A DNA stretch of 64,000 nucleotides, taken from NCBI GenBank assembly GCA_038064875.1, contig JBBTSC010000001.1:571004-635003 (forward strand), in the 5' to 3' direction. This DNA is from Patescibacteria group bacterium. GTDB taxonomy: Bacteria; Patescibacteriota; Saccharimonadia; Saccharimonadales; 2-12-FULL-41-12. A model generated the notes under the pieces. That model was not told the origin of the DNA. It made no database searches and worked only from the letters and a program-made list of their open reading frames with translations. The stretch's first letter is position 1; every line of letters begins with the position of its first letter. A program made the translations under genes and the position numbers. This document shows positions 17,773 to 29,457 of the stretch, piece after piece.

Positions 17773-19110
17773 CTAGCCTCTTATGAGAGCGAGAAGTTCA
17801 TCTCGCTTCTCAGCCATAATCTCAGGAGAACTAGCTTCGACCGTTAGACGAACCAGCGGTTCATTATCCGATGGACGTACGACACAGTGCCAATCAGGAT
17901 ATCTTATGGCTACACCAGAAATATGATTTATCTCCGCATCTGCGTATTTTTCTTCAACCTTTTTCAGCACTGCCTGTGGATCAGCTACTTTTGAGTTGAT
18001 TTCGCCAGAGAGGAAATATTTTGCTTCAAGTTCCTTGATAATTTCTGACAGTGGCTTGCCCAAGCTACTGACGTAAGCTAGCAGTGTTAATCCTGACAAA
18101 ACACCAGAGTCAGCGAACCAGAAATCTTTAAAATAAAAATGTCCGGATACTTCACCACCAAAGACAATCCCTTGTTCCTGCATCTCCTTCTTTATGTAGA
18201 CGTGTCCTGGCTTGAAAACGTGAGGAATCCCCCCGCTAGCCTTAATCATATCTGGTACGGCGTCAGAAGCCCGAACATCATATAATATTTTTTCACCGGG
18301 TTTTCGCTGAAGCTCAGCCACCCCAAGTAGTGCTGTGATCCAATCTCCCGGTATAGAAACACCACGATCATCAACCAAAAGACACCTGTCGCCATCCGGG
18401 TCAAAGATCAGACCCATATCAGCACCAACTTGCTTGACCTTGTCGCGAAGCATAGCTTGGTTCTCAAGCTGAATAATATCATTTCCGTGGTTCGGGAAAT
18501 TACCATCGGGCTCAAAGCATATTTTGATCATTTCGATAGGTAATTTTTCTGCTAATTTCTCCCACACTGGACCCTGCGCCCCGTTACTTGGGTCAACGAC
18601 AACTTTCAGTGGCTTGATCTTAGAAGGTGGAATAAATTCGAGCATGTAATCAACAAATGCTTCTTTGACTGATTCCTCAGTCACTTCACCAACGCGGTCC
18701 GCATCTTCATACGTAGCTTCCGTAACTCGTGGCATGAATTCTTTTGCCATAACAAAATTTGGCAATTTAATAACCATTTTAAAGCCATTGTATTCCGGTG
18801 GATTGTGAGAGGCCGTCACCATGATACCCGGCAACTCTTTTTTACCACATGCAAAATAAAATTCGTCTGTACAGACAATACCAATATCTATGACATCGAC
18901 TCCTGATTTAATAAACCCATTGATGACTGCTTGCTTGAACTCTGGACCACTCAGCCTGACGTCGCGACCAACAACAACTTGGCTAGGATTAACTTCTGCG
19001 ACAAAGGCCCGGGCAACTTGTTCTGCTGCAGCTTCGTCTATCTGCGAGGGCACTACTCCGCGAATGTCATAAGCCTTAAATACAGATGGATCAATATGAA
19101 AGTCTGGCAC
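17773..19110 (-). CDS. phosphomannomutase/phosphoglucomutase
   Basis: Active-site TASHNPPEYNGFK, metal loop FDPDGDR and sugar-binding GEVSGH. Confidence 0.85.
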   Translation of the reverse strand: MPDFHIDPSVFKAYDIRGVVPSQIDEAAAEQVARAFVAEVNPSQVVVGRDVRLSGPEFKQAVINGFIKSGVDVIDIGIVCTDEFYFACGKKELPGIMVTASHNPPEYNGFKMVIKLPNFVMAKEFMPRVTEATYEDADRVGEVTEESVKEAFVDYMLEFIPPSKIKPLKVVVDPSNGAQGPVWEKLAEKLPIEMIKICFEPDGNFPNHGNDIIQLENQAMLRDKVKQVGADMGLIFDPDGDRCLLVDDRGVSIPGDWITALLGVAELQRKPGEKILYDVRASDAVPDMIKASGGIPHVFKPGHVYIKKEMQEQGIVFGGEVSGHFYFKDFWFADSGVLSGLTLLAYVSSLGKPLSEIIKELEAKYFLSGEINSKVADPQAVLKKVEEKYADAEINHISGVAIRYPDWHCVVRPSDNEPLVRLTVEASSPEIMAEKRDELLALIRG

Positions 19111-20150
19111 TACTTGTCTCCTTCTTTTTGAATCTTTTTGGCGATGTCTCCAACTTTTTGGCTCAGATCTTTTCTGGCAATAACTAATCCGTCAGAGGTA
19201 TTGGAGACAACAATATTATCAAGCCCAATCACCGCGATTGGCTTGTCCTCATCATTGCGAATATAGGCATTCTGGACTTCATGTACATGGGCGTTGCCGA
19301 GAACTGCATTTCCTAGTTCGTCCTGATCGCTCACATCATGTAGATCTTTATAACTACCAACATCAACCCAGTCAAAACTTGCAGGAACCATCATAAGATC
19401 TGTCACTTTTTCTATCAACGCGTAGTCGATACTATCGCTTTCGAATCCCAAGTAAGTATCTCTGTACTGATCTGATGACACATCTTTTATTGCATTTAGA
19501 TTTGCGAGCATCTTGGAAAGTTTTGGCGATACGTCGTCTATCTCTCTCTTGAAAGTCTTGTAAGATCCCACAAAATAGCCAGCATTCCACGAATATTTAC
19601 CGCTATTTACGTATTGTTTGGCAGTAGGATAGTCTGGTTTTTCTTTGAAGCCAGCAACCTCGTATCCACCATTTTTAGCTTGCCCCTTTTCAATATAGCC
19701 AAAACCGACCGCTGGATATGTCGGCTCAACGCCGACTAGAACTATTCTGCCTGTTTCTTGAGAAATTTTATCCGCCATTTCAAATGACCGTGCAAAACCA
19801 ATATTGTCTCTGGTTTGATGGTCTGCTGACATGAATATAATTGATTCATCTTCACCATGGACTCGGTGTAGTTGATCAAGCGCCGCAATGATACAGCCTG
19901 CGGTACCTCGCCTAGCAGGCTCAATAATAAAGTTCTCTTTGGGAAGATCTGGCAACTGCTCAATGATTTCATCAGCATGACTAACTTCTGTCAAAATATA
20001 AACCTTATCAGAGAGATTCTTTGCTCGAGTATAGGTATTTTGGACCAAGCTTCGCTCACCAATAAGGTTAATAACTTGTTTGGGCTTTTCGTGCGTAGAT
20101 AATGGCCAAAGTCTTGTACCGGAACCGCCAGCGATAATTACAACTATCAT
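19110..20150 (-). CDS. manC: mannose-1-phosphate guanylyltransferase (nucleotidyltransferase domain only)
   Basis: The N-terminus [16 protein letters not shown] is typical of ManC/CpsB. There is no C-terminal cupin/PMI domain. Confidence 0.8.
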   Translation of the reverse strand: MIVVIIAGGSGTRLWPLSTHEKPKQVINLIGERSLVQNTYTRAKNLSDKVYILTEVSHADEIIEQLPDLPKENFIIEPARRGTAGCIIAALDQLHRVHGEDESIIFMSADHQTRDNIGFARSFEMADKISQETGRIVLVGVEPTYPAVGFGYIEKGQAKNGGYEVAGFKEKPDYPTAKQYVNSGKYSWNAGYFVGSYKTFKREIDDVSPKLSKMLANLNAIKDVSSDQYRDTYLGFESDSIDYALIEKVTDLMMVPASFDWVDVGSYKDLHDVSDQDELGNAVLGNAHVHEVQNAYIRNDEDKPIAVIGLDNIVVSNTSDGLVIARKDLSQKVGDIAKKIQKEGDK

Positions 20151-20158
20151 GTCATTAG

Positions 20159-21181
<1,023 letters not shown>

Positions 21182-21184
21182 TCC

Positions 21185-21736
21185 ATGCCAAAAGATCTTG
21201 CTGTCAAACCAACTCCTATACCTGGATTCTTCGAAGTTGATTTAGTTGTACACGGTGACAATCGTGGCTGGTTCAAAGAAAATTATCAAAAAGCCAAGAT
21301 GGAAGCACTCGGACTCCCTGCTTTTGAAGTAATCCAAAATAATTTTTCATATAATGCCGAAGTTGGCGTTACCAGAGGGCTTCATGCGGAGCCTTGGGAG
21401 AAATTCATTTCAGTCGCTAACGGCAAAGTATTTGGTGCCTGGGTTGATCTACGCGCTGGCGAGAGCTTTGGCCAAGTCTACACTACTGAAATCACCCCTG
21501 ATAAAGCAGTATTTGTGCCAAGGGGCGTCGCAAATGCTTACCAAACTCTAGAGCCTAATATTACCTATACCTATCTTGTGAATGCTCACTGGTCTGCGGA
21601 CGCTCAGTACCTAGCAGTTAATTTGTTCGATCCAGAGTTAGGGATTAACTGGCCAATACCAAAAGACCAGGCCATTATTTCTGAAAAGGATGAGAAAAAT
21701 CCGATGCTCAAAGACGTAACACCAATGGAATTTTAA
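21185..21736 (+). CDS. rfbC: dTDP-4-dehydrorhamnose 3,5-epimerase
   Basis: RmlC cupin motifs: HGDNRGWF, RGLHAEPWEKF, VFVPRGVANAYQTL. Confidence 0.9.
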   Translation: MPKDLAVKPTPIPGFFEVDLVVHGDNRGWFKENYQKAKMEALGLPAFEVIQNNFSYNAEVGVTRGLHAEPWEKFISVANGKVFGAWVDLRAGESFGQVYTTEITPDKAVFVPRGVANAYQTLEPNITYTYLVNAHWSADAQYLAVNLFDPELGINWPIPKDQAIISEKDEKNPMLKDVTPMEF

Positions 21737-22585
21737 GTGGACTCTTCCAAATTTTTAGTCACCGGTGCCAACGGACAACTCGGTAATGCACTCAGGGCAA
21801 AATACCCGGATGCTAAGTTCGCCGATGTCAATGAACTAGATATTACTAATTCTGAGGCAGTAAATAGTTTTGACTGGTCAGGTATTACTCATATTTTAAA
21901 TGCTGCAGCCTATACCAACGTAGACGGTGCCGAGACTAACGAAGACCTTTGTATGCGTATCAATGTTGACGGTGTTAAAAATTTGGCACAAGTAGCAAGT
22001 GAATACGAGCTAACTTTGATCCATATCTCCAGCGACTACGTCTTTGACGGCACAAAGAACAACCACACTGAGCAAGAAGAGTTCACTCCCATATCTATTT
22101 ACGGCAAAAGCAAGGCCGAAGGCGACAAGCAAGCTGAATCAACAGCAAAACATTACATACTACGCACTTCTTGGGTTATCGGCGACGGACATAATTTTGT
22201 GCGAGTCATGATAGGACTAGCTGATAAGAACATTTCACCAACTGTCGTCCATGATCAGATCGGTCGCCTTACATTCACTTCAGAGCTTGTCCGAGCAATT
22301 GACCATTTGCTACAGAACAACGCACCTTTTGGCACTTACAATATCTCAAACGACGGCGAACCAGCTAGCTGGGCGGACATAACTAGAGAAATATTTAAAG
22401 ATCTTGGCAGAGATGACCTCACTGTCACCAACACAACTACCGAAGAGTATTTTGCTGGAAAAGAGAATATTGCTCCACGCCCACTGCAAAGCACCCTAAA
22501 TCTTGATAAGATAAAGGGGATTGGTTTTGAACCAAGAGACTGGAAAGAAAATCTCAAAGAATACATAGAAGGAGAAAACTCATGA
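21737..22585 (+). CDS. rfbD: dTDP-4-dehydrorhamnose reductase
   Basis: [26 protein letters not shown]; GTG start at 21737. Confidence 0.9.
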   Translation: MDSSKFLVTGANGQLGNALRAKYPDAKFADVNELDITNSEAVNSFDWSGITHILNAAAYTNVDGAETNEDLCMRINVDGVKNLAQVASEYELTLIHISSDYVFDGTKNNHTEQEEFTPISIYGKSKAEGDKQAESTAKHYILRTSWVIGDGHNFVRVMIGLADKNISPTVVHDQIGRLTFTSELVRAIDHLLQNNAPFGTYNISNDGEPASWADITREIFKDLGRDDLTVTNTTTEEYFAGKENIAPRPLQSTLNLDKIKGIGFEPRDWKENLKEYIEGENS

Positions 22586-23445
22586 AAGGCATAATACTCG
22601 CAGGCGGATCAGGCACTAGGCTCTACCCTATAACCAAAGGGGTTAGTAAACAGTTAGTTCCGATCTATGACAAGCCAATGATTTATTACCCCTTGAGCAC
22701 GCTACTGCAAGCAGGAATCAAAGATATCTTGATGATAACAACCCCCCACGACAGCCAAAATTTCAAAAATCTTCTTGGTGATGGCTCAGAAATTGGTATC
22801 AACATTCAATATGCCAGCCAACCTTCTCCTGATGGACTGGCTCAGGCGTTCATCATCGGCGAAGAATTTATCGGTGATGATAGCGTTGCCTTAGTGCTCG
22901 GCGATAATATTTTTTATGGTCACAGTTTCCAGGATCAACTCAAAGAATCTGTAAATCCAGACGGCGGTGTTGTCTTTGCTTACCCAGTGTCTGACCCTGA
23001 AAGATACGGTGTTGTCGAATTTGATGAAAATATGAAAGCTCTTTCTGTTGAGGAAAAACCAGAAAATCCCAAATCTAGTTACGCAATCACCGGGCTTTAT
23101 TTTTATGATAACGATGTAGTAGAGATCGCCAAGAACGTCAAGCCGAGCGACAGAGGCGAACTCGAAATAACCTCAGTTAATGACGAATACTTGCAGAGGG
23201 GCAAACTAAAAGTTCAGATTATGGACCGCGGTGATGCATGGCTCGACACAGGTACCTTCGGCTCAATGATGGATGCCGCGCAGTACGTAGAAGTTATCGA
23301 AAAACGAACTGGTCTTAAGATCGGCTGTATCGAAGAAATTGCTTACCAGCAGGGCTTTATCAACAAAGATCAGTTGCTTAAAATAGCTGAGCCACTCAAA
23401 AAATCTGGCTACGGACACTACCTAAAAAAATTGATTGAGAAGTAG
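22582..23445 (+). CDS. rfbA: glucose-1-phosphate thymidylyltransferase
   Basis: [18 protein letters not shown]...[17 protein letters not shown] is the canonical RmlA sequence. It shares an ATGA overlap with rfbD. Confidence 0.95.
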   Translation: MKGIILAGGSGTRLYPITKGVSKQLVPIYDKPMIYYPLSTLLQAGIKDILMITTPHDSQNFKNLLGDGSEIGINIQYASQPSPDGLAQAFIIGEEFIGDDSVALVLGDNIFYGHSFQDQLKESVNPDGGVVFAYPVSDPERYGVVEFDENMKALSVEEKPENPKSSYAITGLYFYDNDVVEIAKNVKPSDRGELEITSVNDEYLQRGKLKVQIMDRGDAWLDTGTFGSMMDAAQYVEVIEKRTGLKIGCIEEIAYQQGFINKDQLLKIAEPLKKSGYGHYLKKLIEK

Positions 23446-23446
23446 C

Positions 23447-26155
23447 ATGCAGAAGGTCTATGTACTTAGATCCACTCTTGTCCTTGCAATAATTACCTTA
23501 TTCCTAGGACTTTATAGCCCGGGTGCAGAAGCGGCTACTTTTACCGTCATAAATACCAACGATTCTGGTGCAGGCTCACTGCGACAAGCGATTATTGACG
23601 CCAATGCAACTGTTGGAACCGATAATATCAATTTCAGCATAGGCTCTGGCGCGCAACAAATTATACCTACCTCTGCCCTCCCTCCGATAACTCGTCCAGT
23701 AGTCATTGACGGAACTACCCAAACAGGTTTTAGTGGGACACCCTTAATAGAACTCAGTGGGAATGGTGCTGGAGCTGGCGCTCGTGGATTTTATGTGAGC
23801 GGGAACGGTGCAGGTAGCACGATAAAAGGTCTTATAATCAACAACTTTAGCTCACAAGGCATCTTTATTGATACAAGCTCAGTTACCATTGTTGGAAATT
23901 ACATTGGCACCAACGCCAGTGGTACTGCCGATGCTGGCAATGGTGGTGATGGAGTAGCTATATTCTCTGGCACATCTCTGGCCGACGCAAATAGTAATAT
24001 TGTCGGTGGCACCTCTGCTAGTGATCGTAATGTCATATCTGGAAATAACGAAAACGGTGTAGGTATAACTGCTCAAGACGGTGGCGATGCTTCAAGCAAC
24101 ACAGTCCATGGAAATTACGTCGGGACTAACGCCAGTGGCACTGGGTCTATCCCAAATACAGGAGATGGCATATTAATTAACCACGCTGGCGGGGCTTCTG
24201 CTACCTCAACGAACAACATAATAGGTGGCACCACCGGCACAACGCCAGATGGTGCCTGTACAGGTGCATGTAATTTAGTCTCTGGGAATACCGCAAATGG
24301 GATTGGTCTTTGGCACACTGGCGTCAGCGGAACAACTGTAGCCGGAAATTTCGTCGGGACTAACGCATTAGGAACTGGAGCAGTGGCAAATGGCAATATC
24401 GGAGTTGAAGTTAACGAGACAGCTAATAACACTGTTGGGGGCACAACACCAAGCGCCCGTAATATCCTCTCTGGCAATGGTGGTTCTGGAGTTTTCCTAA
24501 CAGGAGCTGCCGCTACGGGTAACGTCGTTGGAGGCAACTACGTTGGAACAAATAGCTCTGGAACTAGCGGAGTTGGCAATGTAAAAATGGGTATTGGCAT
24601 TGGAGCATCACCTGGAGCAGTAGGGGCAAACAGCAACACTATCGGTGGCACAACTGGCAACACTCCGGGCGGGGCATGCACCGGAAGTTGTAATCTGATA
24701 TCTGGAAATGGAGAAAACGGTATTTTTATATCTGGTACAGAGAGTTTTGGGAATCAGTTTGTCGGTAATTATATTGGAACAAATGCTAGTGGTACTGGGT
24801 CTATCGGTAACACTCTTGACGGAATTGGGCTTTTGAGTACTCCAAATACTATGATCGGTGGGAGCACAGCAAATGCCCGCAATGTTATTTCTGGAAATGG
24901 CGACAATGGAATTATAATTGTCAGCGGAGCTTCCACTGGTAACAGAATTGAAGGTAACTACATAGGATTGAATACTTCTGGCTCGAGTCTAGGGAACACA
25001 GATAGTGGCGTAGTTGTATCTTCAGCGACTGACACCGCAATACTGAGCAACAATATAGCTTTTAATGGCAAGCTCGGTATTGATCTTGATAACAACGGGA
25101 CTCCCAACCTCAATGATCCAAATGACACAGATAGTGGCGCCAACCGATTACAAAATTTCCCAAATATTTACGCTGTAAAAACTGTTGGATCAACAACTAA
25201 AATTGGCGGACAATTCAACGGGACTCCGAGTACAAATTTTCAGCTAGACTTTTTCTCAAGTGACGGCTGTAATGCTGGCGTTCCAAATAATTACGGCGAG
25301 GGGCAGAATTTTGTAGGTTCAACCTCAATCTCCACTGACATATTTGGCAATACTGCGTTTGGCTATACTGCACCTTCCGCTATCCCTGGAGGCAAATATG
25401 TAACTGCCACAGCTACAAAGAAGATAGGTTCAGCTCCAGCTGAGACCTCAGAATTTTCTCTTTGCATGTTAGTCAACTCTGCCAAACCCGCACTTACGAA
25501 TGGCGCTGGCTGGTTCTTAAAAAACGACCTAACAACTGGTCCCGCTGACAAGCAGTTCGGTTATGGCTTCCCTGCAACTCTGCTGATGTGTGCATGGGAT
25601 CCTAACCAACCAGGAGTTAAATTGCCAGTAGTTTACTCTGGTGGTGGCTGGTATATGAGAGCTAGTTATACCACAGGCACCGCTGATCTGAGTTTTTCAT
25701 ATGGTGGTCCTAGTTTCAAAGCAGTCTGTGGTGACTGGGACGGTGACGGAGTAGATACACCAGGAGTAGTCTCTACAGAAAGCCAATGGTTGCTTCGAAA
25801 TAGTAATAGTGGAGGTTCAGCGGATGCCGGGAATTTCCAATTTGGGCCCTTTTCTGTAACACCTGTAGCGGGTGATTGGGATGGAAATGGAACAGACACA
25901 ATCGGTGCGGTAACTTCTGGTAATCAATGGTACCTACGCAATAGCAATGATTCTGGCGGAGCAGACGGAGGCAGTCCTAGCTATGGTCACCTTCCAGGCT
26001 ATCCAATTGTAGGCGATTGGGATGGCAACGGTAGCGATACTATTGGTTCCGTAAACACTGGTGGAACATGGTCTATACGTAACGCCAACACCAGCGGTGC
26101 GCCAAATGGTGAATTTCAATACGGTTTCCCGGGCGCAATTCCTCTAATCTGGTAG
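23447..26155 (+). CDS. giant secreted right-handed beta-helix protein with C-terminal FG-GAP/VCBS-like GDWDG repeats
   Basis: Signal peptide (MQKVYVLRSTLVLAIITLFLGLYSPGAEAATF) and a CSLREA-like GSLRQAIIDAN motif. There are six GN(Y/F)(I/V)GTNASGTG turns alternating with N(V/L)(I/V)SGNxxNGI turns, followed by WxLRN...GDWDG(D/N)GxDTxG repeats. The ORF track's TTG 23435 overlaps rfbA, so ATG 23447 is preferred. Confidence 0.7.
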   Translation: MQKVYVLRSTLVLAIITLFLGLYSPGAEAATFTVINTNDSGAGSLRQAIIDANATVGTDNINFSIGSGAQQIIPTSALPPITRPVVIDGTTQTGFSGTPLIELSGNGAGAGARGFYVSGNGAGSTIKGLIINNFSSQGIFIDTSSVTIVGNYIGTNASGTADAGNGGDGVAIFSGTSLADANSNIVGGTSASDRNVISGNNENGVGITAQDGGDASSNTVHGNYVGTNASGTGSIPNTGDGILINHAGGASATSTNNIIGGTTGTTPDGACTGACNLVSGNTANGIGLWHTGVSGTTVAGNFVGTNALGTGAVANGNIGVEVNETANNTVGGTTPSARNILSGNGGSGVFLTGAAATGNVVGGNYVGTNSSGTSGVGNVKMGIGIGASPGAVGANSNTIGGTTGNTPGGACTGSCNLISGNGENGIFISGTESFGNQFVGNYIGTNASGTGSIGNTLDGIGLLSTPNTMIGGSTANARNVISGNGDNGIIIVSGASTGNRIEGNYIGLNTSGSSLGNTDSGVVVSSATDTAILSNNIAFNGKLGIDLDNNGTPNLNDPNDTDSGANRLQNFPNIYAVKTVGSTTKIGGQFNGTPSTNFQLDFFSSDGCNAGVPNNYGEGQNFVGSTSISTDIFGNTAFGYTAPSAIPGGKYVTATATKKIGSAPAETSEFSLCMLVNSAKPALTNGAGWFLKNDLTTGPADKQFGYGFPATLLMCAWDPNQPGVKLPVVYSGGGWYMRASYTTGTADLSFSYGGPSFKAVCGDWDGDGVDTPGVVSTESQWLLRNSNSGGSADAGNFQFGPFSVTPVAGDWDGNGTDTIGAVTSGNQWYLRNSNDSGGADGGSPSYGHLPGYPIVGDWDGNGSDTIGSVNTGGTWSIRNANTSGAPNGEFQYGFPGAIPLIW

Positions 26156-26159
26156 TGAC

Positions 26160-28907
26160 TTAGGGTAAGTCAGCGCCATTTGGCAAGAGATTGATCAGAT
26201 AATTTGATACAGATTGGTAGGGAGCATACGACTGGTATGTTGCATCACTCTGCACCCATCTCTTGTTGCCCCCGTCAACAACATATACATTTGGGCTCGT
26301 CCCTTTTATAGTTCGATTGATGTTTGATCCCGCTGGGATAAATGCCCACAGAGCATCAGATACTGTCGCTACATTGCTCCCGGTCTCCCAATTGCCTTGA
26401 ATTGTGCCATTGGTGAATAGCCTCTTTGCACCACTATCCAAAACTGAATCTCCACCACTAGCTTTTTTGATTATGTTCTTTGCTGTCACAGGACTACCGG
26501 CAGTAATATCTGAAGGCGATAGCAATAGCATCTGCCCGCCACTCTGATACCCATAATTGAAGACCTGGTCAGGTGAAGTCAGGTGATGCAGTTGCGCCCC
26601 TGCACTGTCTGCGATAAATATTCTCTGATCATTTGTATCAGTTGATCGAACAAATATTGTAAGTGGCGTGCTGGCCGTAACTCTCTGCATAAATGTATTA
26701 TTGAGTTCATTTGGTGAACTTGTTAGACCCCAGACGCCTGCTAGATCTGTGTTAAATGTCAGGTGTGATTTACCATCCCTAACCCAATAATATGAACTGC
26801 CTATTTTTACTTTTCTTGAAAGCGCACTTGAGCCTGAATATCGAGCAATGGTAGTTGCATTGACAGCATCAGGGCTACTCAAATTCCAGTCACTTGCAGT
26901 TGTAGTATCAACTGTATACTTGTTACCTCCAGCGACAGCATAATTAGTCCCGCCACTACTCAGGTAACTTCCGACATAACCACCATGAGTAAATTGCCCA
27001 AGCACATAATCAGATACTGATGTTATGCCCTCATTATTACTAAGTAGGCTGAGATCATATCCTGTTCTAACATGTCTGATACTACCTTGATCCATTAGAT
27101 AAACTGGCGCTGTCTGAAATCCTTTTAAGAAACTCGATGCTGTCTCGCCTGCTGGCAAAAGTGCCATTAGCTCTGCGCTAGGAGAATACACATTGCCAGA
27201 TGTTCTATACCCACTATCGAGACTTGTCGGGATCGTAATCTTTCGTCCATCCATCAGGTATAATTGGCCTGCAACATCAGCCTCAAAGGTATTGACTGCT
27301 CCCCCTGTAGTCAAGAGATTTATGTTACCTTGACTGACAACATTGACCTCAGGATTTGCACCAACACCCCACGCACGTATCAACTCAGGTGAACCAATTG
27401 CATGCTTCTGAGTATCTACCATATAGACTGTCGGTGAGCCGACATATCGAATGAAATGGCTTGCTTGAGCTGAAGGTGCAAGCCTATTAATTGTGAGGTC
27501 GGATACAGTTACTGGCGCGCCAGGATAAAGTGGAGCAACCCCAGCGGTTAGATACAGTTTTTGCCCTGCAACAACATTATATTGATTCAGACTTGATGCG
27601 CTTTTTGCCTTGGCAACAGATACCATAGAGCCAACTGTCGAAAGTTTTGCAGAGTATTCGCTCGACAAATCGACAATCTTCGGATTATCTCCTTCCCAAG
27701 CAGTCAGAACATCACCATTACCGTATTGGCGGAGAGTCCCGCCATCCATCATATATACAGCTAGATCATTGTATTTTCTCAGAGCATAGGAGAAGTTGCC
27801 TTGGTTAGTAGGCAATCGAGCCAGGTCCACTCCAACATCCGCAATTGCAGATGGGTTGAGACCCCAGGTGTTGAGCATCTCGGTAGAAGTTATGCGGTAG
27901 GCATTTCTACTATCCACAAAATACACATCCTGAGAGCCTGTTGGACGCATGAGTCGATCAAGCTGTCCAGAAGTTGGAATTGCCCCTAAAAATAGTCCCG
28001 TTGTTTGTGCTAGTGGCAACTGGTCTAATCCCCAAGCCCTAAGGATCTCTTCACTTGGAACGTGCCTCTTGACACCTTTTGTTACCACCCACTGCCTACC
28101 GTCACCATTATCGTTAAATGAAGTCATCAGAGAAAATCCTTCACCCGTGCTTGGGCCAAACCAATCGTTAAACATCCTCCAGAAATTTCGGTTACCATAC
28201 GCGCTACAACCATCTCCTGTGCCATATAGATTGGCCAGCGCAGCTGGATTCGGCTGATACGGCGTGTAGGTATAAAGTGCTATGGTTGCTCTGTTTTCTA
28301 TAAATACATTTGGCGCTCCGCAGGCTGTATTAGGATGGTATTGAACGTTGTTGTTACCAAGAGAAAATCCCTGATACTGTGCTGGGTCATTATTCATGAT
28401 CCTTCTGAACATTCGGGCTGCATAGTGTACCTGATTTGTGAACCCCTCATACTGGTCGTAACAACCATTTTGATTAGCATCTACTGCTACTGAAAGGCTT
28501 GAATCAGGACACCCAAAACCTGTGGCTTTAGTGTACTGTGTGGGTGTTGGCCAGGTATCTGTTACTAAAATTTGCTCTTTTTGGAGCAAGACCAACATTG
28601 TTTGTGGATTGATAGAAAATTCTTGTGATTTATCAAATATGATCTGGGCTGCACTCTTACCGTTCTGTGTATAATCTTTGAGACACGTGTATCCTGCCTG
28701 GCAAGTGCTGACCTTTGAGTTCAAAAATGCCTGGATAGAGCTTGCAGACATGCTGTTTTGGTTGGTGAAGGTTGAATCATCAATTAGCCGTCCAGGCTTG
28801 AAATCAGACGCATTGGCTGCCTGTGCAGGTGGTACGCTCACGGACAATGGACAAGCCAGGACAAGCAACAACAGCATTGATGCTTTGAGGATTCGACTAA
28901 TGTTCAT
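26160..28907 (-). CDS. giant secreted protein: conserved N-terminal domain + ~12 tandem degenerate modules
   Basis: Signal peptide MNISRILKASMLLLLVLACPLSVSVPPAQA. The start at ATG 28907 lies 1 nt after the upstream stop. The N-terminal block is SIQAFLNSK..C..CLKDY..SAAQIIFDKSQEFSINPQTMLVLLQKEQILVTD, followed by repeated xVY(L/M/V)(M/V)DxGxxRxIxS.E.L..WG modules. Confidence 0.65.
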   Translation of the reverse strand: MNISRILKASMLLLLVLACPLSVSVPPAQAANASDFKPGRLIDDSTFTNQNSMSASSIQAFLNSKVSTCQAGYTCLKDYTQNGKSAAQIIFDKSQEFSINPQTMLVLLQKEQILVTDTWPTPTQYTKATGFGCPDSSLSVAVDANQNGCYDQYEGFTNQVHYAARMFRRIMNNDPAQYQGFSLGNNNVQYHPNTACGAPNVFIENRATIALYTYTPYQPNPAALANLYGTGDGCSAYGNRNFWRMFNDWFGPSTGEGFSLMTSFNDNGDGRQWVVTKGVKRHVPSEEILRAWGLDQLPLAQTTGLFLGAIPTSGQLDRLMRPTGSQDVYFVDSRNAYRITSTEMLNTWGLNPSAIADVGVDLARLPTNQGNFSYALRKYNDLAVYMMDGGTLRQYGNGDVLTAWEGDNPKIVDLSSEYSAKLSTVGSMVSVAKAKSASSLNQYNVVAGQKLYLTAGVAPLYPGAPVTVSDLTINRLAPSAQASHFIRYVGSPTVYMVDTQKHAIGSPELIRAWGVGANPEVNVVSQGNINLLTTGGAVNTFEADVAGQLYLMDGRKITIPTSLDSGYRTSGNVYSPSAELMALLPAGETASSFLKGFQTAPVYLMDQGSIRHVRTGYDLSLLSNNEGITSVSDYVLGQFTHGGYVGSYLSSGGTNYAVAGGNKYTVDTTTASDWNLSSPDAVNATTIARYSGSSALSRKVKIGSSYYWVRDGKSHLTFNTDLAGVWGLTSSPNELNNTFMQRVTASTPLTIFVRSTDTNDQRIFIADSAGAQLHHLTSPDQVFNYGYQSGGQMLLLSPSDITAGSPVTAKNIIKKASGGDSVLDSGAKRLFTNGTIQGNWETGSNVATVSDALWAFIPAGSNINRTIKGTSPNVYVVDGGNKRWVQSDATYQSYAPYQSVSNYLINLLPNGADLP

Positions 28908-28908
28908 C

Positions 28909-29373
28909 TTAATTAACATTGAAAACCTTCTCCGCACTCGTATTACCGTTCTCGAGCTTTACTGATATAGTCCAGTCACCTTTTGTCGGGAGATCTTGCT
29001 TTGAGATACCAAAGCCTTCACACGCGTGATAAGAAGTGACTGGAACAAGTGGAGCTGTGCGACTAACAGTCTGAAAACCTTGTTTTCTAAATTCAATAAC
29101 ACAATTCCCCTGCGCAACGCCCTCGACCACCGTCCTCACATAAACCATACCGCCATCTTGGGACACATTGCTGATACTAACTTTGCCCTCTTCTTTGCTA
29201 ACTTCAGGATTTTTTACGTCAGGCAACCCACCTTCATCTTGTTTTTGCTCAGTAATAACACTGTCAGAAGAGGCAACTGGTGCGTTATCTTTTCTGGTAG
29301 AACTATAGGCTACTGCGCCGGCGATAACCGCGCAGATCAGAGGTACGATGACAAAGATAAGTTTTTTTTTCAT
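28909..29373 (-). CDS. small membrane-anchored/secreted protein
   Basis: MKKKLIFVIVPLICAVIAGAVAY anchor followed by a roughly 120 aa beta-rich domain. It lies directly upstream of the 925-aa gene. Confidence 0.5.
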   Translation of the reverse strand: MKKKLIFVIVPLICAVIAGAVAYSSTRKDNAPVASSDSVITEQKQDEGGLPDVKNPEVSKEEGKVSISNVSQDGGMVYVRTVVEGVAQGNCVIEFRKQGFQTVSRTAPLVPVTSYHACEGFGISKQDLPTKGDWTISVKLENGNTSAEKVFNVN

Positions 29374-29457
29374 ATTTTTATTTTAGCACTGAGTATCAAT
29401 ATTATATATGAAAATTTGCCAAATGTAAAGTGTTAGCGTGAGAAAACTTACTAAATT

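Noticed and set aside
24115-24537. 140-aa antisense ORF inside the beta-helix gene (and similar ORFs at 23512, 23879, 24958, 25363, 25666, 25934)
   Set aside because: Gly/Asn/Thr-rich repeats leave open frames on the opposite strand. These ORFs have Pro/Val-rich low-complexity products and no starts with an SD or promoter.
23447-26155. Diversity-generating retroelement or recent tandem duplication in the repeat proteins
   Set aside because: The repeated peptide motifs are encoded by clearly diverged DNA. There is no template/variable repeat pair and no reverse transcriptase or Avd-like gene in the window.
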